Assembly (NCBI GenBank): GCA_963726195.1 | Contig: CAVSBO010000003.1 | Coordinates: 192,001-256,000, forward strand | Reading direction: 5' to 3' | Source: Candidatus Thorarchaeota archaeon | GTDB lineage: Archaea; Asgardarchaeota; Thorarchaeia; Thorarchaeales; Thorarchaeaceae | DNA: 64,000 bases | Shown: positions 59,454 to 64,000 of the stretch, piece by piece | How the letters are laid out: the number at the start of each line of letters is the position of its first letter | Position numbering within the stretch: the first letter of the stretch is position 1 | Translations under genes and position numbers: made by a program | Notes under the pieces: generated by a model | The model's database searches: none | Told to the model about the DNA's origin: nothing | The model's input: only the letters and a program-made list of their open reading frames with translations

Positions 59454-59960
59454 CTACTTCTTGGGAGTCTTTCGCGAACCGACAGCCATCTCGGACCATT
59501 TGGCGGGAAGTTCATCCCGACGAGGTTTGTAGACTTGCTCAAAGAACTTCGATTGAGAAAGGAGAACCTCGCGGTCGAAGTCGTCCATCAGATCAAGGGC
59601 TTCAGCCCAAGCCTTTTCATAGCTCGTGCCGAACCGGGACACAATCCGTGCCTTGAACTCCTCTTCGGTCTGAGTCTTGCCGCCGAACGTGAAGACCAGA
59701 GCGCCGGGTTCTGACTCGGCCTTGTACGCCTTTTCATCCCCCAAGCGGAACTCTTCCGGCGCCTCTTCAGGGACCGGTGCTTGTGCCCCGGGTTTCGGTG
59801 CAGATTTCAGGGGCGCAGTCGACTTGAACCCGCGCTTCGCCGCAGCATAGAAAATCGCACGGTTCAAGCCCCAGCTTCTAGCCGCACTGTCGTCAAGACC
59901 CAGAGTATGCGCGCGGGCTGCTTGAAGCAACGCCATGACCTGGAACCTACCAACACTCAT
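59454..59960 (-). CDS. Conserved hypothetical protein
   Basis: VGRFQVMA.LQAAR...SWGLNRAIFYAAAKRG, F...VYKP.RD. Confidence 0.75.
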   Translation of the reverse strand: MSVGRFQVMALLQAARAHTLGLDDSAARSWGLNRAIFYAAAKRGFKSTAPLKSAPKPGAQAPVPEEAPEEFRLGDEKAYKAESEPGALVFTFGGKTQTEEEFKARIVSRFGTSYEKAWAEALDLMDDFDREVLLSQSKFFEQVYKPRRDELPAKWSEMAVGSRKTPKK

Positions 59961-60078
59961 TCAGGAATCCTCCCAGACACTCGGAAACGACACAACATAT
60001 TACCTATGGTTTGACTCTATTCATTCACTGCTGAGCTTTTTGAGTCTTCGTGGATGGTTCGCCGCATGAGCTACGCAA

Positions 60079-61473
60079 TCAACCTACGACTGAGAAACCA
60101 TCAAAGAGCAGGCTTGGACAACGAGGCCCGTATGCACTAAGCTTCACATCATTTCCAATGCCTACTAGGTTCCTGAGACCGTCATAAAACTGGCCAGCAA
60201 CGGACACTGGTTGAAGTGGATACTGGATGGCTCCTCGTTCGATGAGATATGCCGATTTTGCAACTACTGAGAACTGGCCTGTACTGGGATCGCTATGAAA
60301 GATGCCAATCGGTGGATCGGTTATCAGAACTGCTTTGCGATCAACCGAGGAGACTAGCTCATCAAACGTCTTGGAACCCGGTGCGACAGTGAGACCCTTG
60401 AGAAAGACCGTGACTGACGATTCATACGGTGTTTCTCCTCCGAATATAGGCGCACCTCTTGAGCAATTCCCGGTAGACTCGACACCAAATGCTCGAGCAT
60501 AGTAGCTGTTGAACAGAAATGTCTTCAATATGCCCAGGTCAACGATTACATTCTTCTGTTGAGGCAGACCCTCGGCATCTACACTCTCCGTTCCAAGCCC
60601 GTCAACCCTCTGTCCATCATCCTCTAGATTGAAGCCCTTGCTGGCAACCGTATCCCCTATCCGGTCGCATAATGGCGAGGTCTTCTCGACTACGGAGCGT
60701 CCGAGGACACCCTGACCAATGCCGATTAGAATGCAGGATGCAGCAGCTTCTTGCTTCCACAGAGTTGGCATAACAGCGGTCGAGTCGAGCTTCTTGGCCC
60801 CATGTTGCTTGACAGCATCCTTCGCGGCCTCATCTCCCAGACCTTCTGTGTTGAACAAACGGTCGCAGGCGGCATCATATTTGCTGGCGGTCTTCCGCTC
60901 CTCGCCTTCGATTGACATGACATCGACAGCACAGGCATTGCGTCCCGATCTGGAAGCTCTTTGAACGCCGCGGGTGTTGCCGACCGCGAATCCACCCCAT
61001 GACGCACTACACTGCGCACCCGCAACCTTCACTCGCGGGTCTACCAGACGTGCCTCGTCAATCATTTCCTGGCCATGACGGAGAAGGTCTTCTACTCCTA
61101 TCGATAGGATTTCCTTCGAGAACCTACATTCGCGTCCCGGTTTCTTCGGTTCGCAAAAGCCCTGAAACCTATCATCTTCGGCTGTCACTCGGTCAGCAAT
61201 TGACAGCGCTTCCTTGACGCTCACTTTGACCCTGTCGGCGCTGGCTCCGCTCGCACATGCAAACCCTATCCGCTTTCCCTTTGCAGCTCTGACAGCATTG
61301 CCAGCAACGATGCCATCCTTCGCTGTGACCACGCCTTGGTCAATCTCGGCGCGGGCAACATTGCGATAATAAACATACACCTCATACTCTGCTGAGCCGT
61401 CTAGTTTGGTAGCAAACTTTAGGCCTGTGTCAACCGCAGATAGCATCTCATCCTTGACATTTTCATAGTCCAT
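60079..61473 (-). CDS. pmbA: PmbA/TldE non-catalytic subunit
   Basis: TldD/PmbA fold, D.EG, STGN..R, TGQFS, lacks HExxxH. Confidence 0.85.
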   Translation of the reverse strand: MDYENVKDEMLSAVDTGLKFATKLDGSAEYEVYVYYRNVARAEIDQGVVTAKDGIVAGNAVRAAKGKRIGFACASGASADRVKVSVKEALSIADRVTAEDDRFQGFCEPKKPGRECRFSKEILSIGVEDLLRHGQEMIDEARLVDPRVKVAGAQCSASWGGFAVGNTRGVQRASRSGRNACAVDVMSIEGEERKTASKYDAACDRLFNTEGLGDEAAKDAVKQHGAKKLDSTAVMPTLWKQEAAASCILIGIGQGVLGRSVVEKTSPLCDRIGDTVASKGFNLEDDGQRVDGLGTESVDAEGLPQQKNVIVDLGILKTFLFNSYYARAFGVESTGNCSRGAPIFGGETPYESSVTVFLKGLTVAPGSKTFDELVSSVDRKAVLITDPPIGIFHSDPSTGQFSVVAKSAYLIERGAIQYPLQPVSVAGQFYDGLRNLVGIGNDVKLSAYGPRCPSLLFDGFSVVG

Positions 61474-61489
61474 TCACAACGCCTCCCGC

Positions 61490-62917
61490 TCACGCTTGAC
61501 CTCCAAATGTCACACCATCAACAACCAGCTTGGGTCCGCCCAAGCCGACAGGCAAAGGACTCTGATCGCCTTTCCCACAACCACCAAAATAGCCAGATGT
61601 TATCTCGAAGTCCTTAGTAGCTCCTTCAACGTGGGAGAGGAGATCCAGTATGTTGCCAGAGAGAGCCACCTCCCTCAACGGATACTTGATTTCTCCTCCT
61701 TCGACCCAGTATCCCCTGATTGCGATGAACAGAAAGCTGCCGTCTCCTTCAACCTGACCGCCCTCACTCTGTATAGCATATACCCCTGTTCCCAGCTTCT
61801 CTATTGCCTCCTCCTCCGTAAGATCACCCGGGAGGAAGTACGTGTTGGTCATCCTCACGATCGGTGGATAGAGGAAGCTCACTGCTCTAGCATTCCCCGT
61901 GACCCTCTGGCCCAGCTTTTGCGCAGTTCCCCTATTATGGAGATAGTGAGTGAGCACGCCTTTGTCTAGCACTGTGGTAAGCCCCGTTCTGACGCCCTGA
62001 TCATCGAATGGTACCCACAGCCCACCGTAATTCTCAATGTCAGGAAGTCCAGCATCGACTATGCACGCAGCGCTGCTACCGAGACGAGTTCCGATCTTGT
62101 CTGTCAGCGGAGAAGCGCCTGTCACCACGAAATCTGCTTCACTCAAGTGACCAAACGACTCGTGCGCCAGAACACCGACAAGCCTGTTCTCTATGAGGGC
62201 TCGAAACTTACCTCCGGGACAAGCCTCTGCTTTGAGTTGTTCCTTGGCTCGGCTACCAGCTTCTCGTCCCATGTCCTCAGGGGTTCTGCCTTTCTTCCCA
62301 TAATGCTCGAGACCCACGGATCCACCGTAACCTTCTGCGCCTACTACCAGTGCCCCAGCGTCAGTCTTTGATGTAACCATGCACCGAAGATCTGTGACAA
62401 GGAAGTCCCAATCAATCTCGGATCCGTCACTGTTCGTCAGGACCTTCTTGCCATACAGCTCGCCATAAAGACCCCGAACATTCCTGATGTTCGCTCCATG
62501 CTCTCTTGCGGCCTCGACAATTCTGTTGACCAAGTCTGTCTTGAAAGCCAAGTCTCGCTGACTCGGGTGAATAGCAGGGCGAAGTGTGTCAGAGGGACGA
62601 CTCTTTACGGCTTTGGCTTTCTCGAATGGCAGCTTCAGCTTCGCGGACGGTACTGAGGCTCTGGCCATCGTGAAGGCCCTTAGGGTTGCGGCGCGAATGT
62701 CCTTCAAAGTGATACCTGATGAGAATGAATAGCCTGAGACACCTTCGATATAGCATGTGATTCCTATTCCCATACGCGACTTGACTTGTATGTCCTTCCA
62801 TGTGTCATCCGAACGGTCCAATGTTCGTAGCGTAAGGTCATCATAGCGGGCCTCCACGAAGTTCGCACCAAGCTTCTCTCCATAGTCGATGCATTTTTGA
62901 AGCGTGTCCAACATCAA
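61490..62917 (-). CDS. tldD: TldD metalloprotease
   Basis: HESFGHLSEAD, FDDQG, GNAR, RMTNT, CGKG.Q..PVG.GGP. Confidence 0.92.
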   Translation of the reverse strand: MMLDTLQKCIDYGEKLGANFVEARYDDLTLRTLDRSDDTWKDIQVKSRMGIGITCYIEGVSGYSFSSGITLKDIRAATLRAFTMARASVPSAKLKLPFEKAKAVKSRPSDTLRPAIHPSQRDLAFKTDLVNRIVEAAREHGANIRNVRGLYGELYGKKVLTNSDGSEIDWDFLVTDLRCMVTSKTDAGALVVGAEGYGGSVGLEHYGKKGRTPEDMGREAGSRAKEQLKAEACPGGKFRALIENRLVGVLAHESFGHLSEADFVVTGASPLTDKIGTRLGSSAACIVDAGLPDIENYGGLWVPFDDQGVRTGLTTVLDKGVLTHYLHNRGTAQKLGQRVTGNARAVSFLYPPIVRMTNTYFLPGDLTEEEAIEKLGTGVYAIQSEGGQVEGDGSFLFIAIRGYWVEGGEIKYPLREVALSGNILDLLSHVEGATKDFEITSGYFGGCGKGDQSPLPVGLGGPKLVVDGVTFGGQA

Positions 62918-63111
62918 GATTCGCTCCCTATACCGTGCACACTGACAGGCTGGTCAGTGACACTCCGACTGTCTCAGGGAATGCCGCTACACATTCCTCC
63001 ATTTTAACATGGTCCTTCAAGAAGAGGCCATCACTGTCTGAGAACAACGGAGTCGCGGTCTCCTGTGCCACGATAGGAAAGCCCGTTGACACCCTGCCTG
63101 GTCGGGTGTAC

Positions 63112-63504
63112 TCATTTCCTGTAGAGTATTCCTCCGGCAATCGCAAGTATAGTGCCAAGGGCCAAAGCAATCATGGGCAAGGCATCTATGTCGAACTTCG
63201 AATCCCACATCACAAAAGTGAGAAGAAGGCCCATGAAAATGACACTCAAACCGTACAAGATACCGAATGCGCTTGCGCTGTATGTTCCTTCGTCAATGAC
63301 CGTCCCGGATGTCGTCTGCATGTAAGAGTGTATGCTCTTCCCGGTCGCGGCAGAATAGATGCCGAACACGAGCAAAAAGCAAAGCATGCATCCGCCAATG
63401 TTGATTAGCATCTGCGGATATGAAGCACCGAGGAGTCGAGCCAACAATAATGACAATGCCGCGATTACGATTGCCGCAGTATACGCTTGTACTGTATAAT
63501 TCAA
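63112..63504 (-). CDS. Hypothetical 4-TM membrane protein
   Basis: Four hydrophobic segments; AGGAG upstream. Confidence 0.65.
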   Translation of the reverse strand: MNYTVQAYTAAIVIAALSLLLARLLGASYPQMLINIGGCMLCFLLVFGIYSAATGKSIHSYMQTTSGTVIDEGTYSASAFGILYGLSVIFMGLLLTFVMWDSKFDIDALPMIALALGTILAIAGGILYRK

Positions 63505-63635
63505 TGTGATAGCCCTCTCTCCTAGTTTGAAGCTGCACTGAATAAGCGGCGTGTCGAAGCGACTAATAAGTCCTCGGACAGCTTTCTGGCCATTGGCGAT
63601 ATGTGCTTTCGAAACAGGGAACCACCGATGTCATG

Positions 63636-64000
63636 CTAGCCGACAGTCTTTTCCAGAAGGTCTCGCAAATCCCTCCCTCCGAATGGATGGGAGCCGAGGA
63701 GTCTGCCGTTGTAGACCGCGCTGAACACACCGAACGGTGATGGGGCATTCGCCTGGACATCCTTTGCACTCTTCAGTTCCACATCCTGAAACTCTATTCC
63801 GAGGCTGTCTGCTGTTTTCATTAGCCCTTTGACAAATGCTTCGATGTATGGACACTGGTCTGACCGGATGACTGTCAGCCCTGCCCCATATCGAGAAGCA
63901 CGTTCATCCCAGTCCGTTGGGAAAACGGCAGCCGCACCTTGGCGGATTCTTCTAACCATAAGATCGAATGAGGGTGGCGCATAATCGACAGTTTCGAATC
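63636..64000 (-). CDS. YoaP-domain (GNAT-YoaP) protein, 5'-truncated
   Basis: S.QCPY, L.SA...Q..APSPFG.F...YNG. Confidence 0.8.
   Translation of the reverse strand, partial: FETVDYAPPSFDLMVRRIRQGAAAVFPTDWDERASRYGAGLTVIRSDQCPYIEAFVKGLMKTADSLGIEFQDVELKSAKDVQANAPSPFGVFSAVYNGRLLGSHPFGGRDLRDLLEKTVG

Noticed and set aside
62940-63110. Several short hairpins upstream of tldD as a structured RNA or riboswitch
   Set aside because: Stems of only 6-7 bp and no recognisable RNA family motif
1-64000. CRISPR array, tRNA/rRNA, IS element or provirus
   Set aside because: No regularly spaced repeats, tRNA arms, rRNA-like tracts, or transposase, integrase or capsid genes noticed on reading

Overview
64 kb of gene-dense archaeal DNA, most likely from an Asgard archaeon (Thorarchaeia-like). 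This is an inference from a Rab-like GTPase, archaeal lipid and lipoate enzymes, GGAGGT ribosome-binding sites and many peptidases. About 57 protein-coding genes are recognisable; I saw no tRNA, rRNA, CRISPR array or transposase. At least nine otherwise intact genes are broken by single-base indels, which points to an unpolished long-read assembly rather than true pseudogenes. The main blocks are: pfkA, an orphan DNA methyltransferase and membrane proteins (0-7.6 kb); a Rab GTPase, Zn-ribbon, coiled-coil/winged-helix and membrane-protease neighbourhood (7.7-15 kb); an agmatinase-GGR-LipS2-LplA-FAH run (16-21 kb); a BMP-type nucleoside ABC importer (24-30 kb); peptidases; a FixC/FixX-like pair; a glycolipid/sugar catabolic island (GH5_12, Gfo/Idh/MocA, PIG-L, DMT, SCP2, M24, two SDRs, BKACE, GalM; 38-51 kb); a large surface glycan-active protein; and tldD/pmbA. 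The most notable unexplained items are a Rab/Ras-fold pseudo-GTPase lacking the nucleotide-binding motifs (58.3-58.8 kb), a tandem pair of small basic proteins duplicated with their upstream regions (37.9-38.4 kb), the glycolipid island with an SDR+BKACE module, a PIP-box-like Zn-ribbon gene hidden behind pfkA, and a hidden CxxC..CxxC microprotein at about 15.2 kb.
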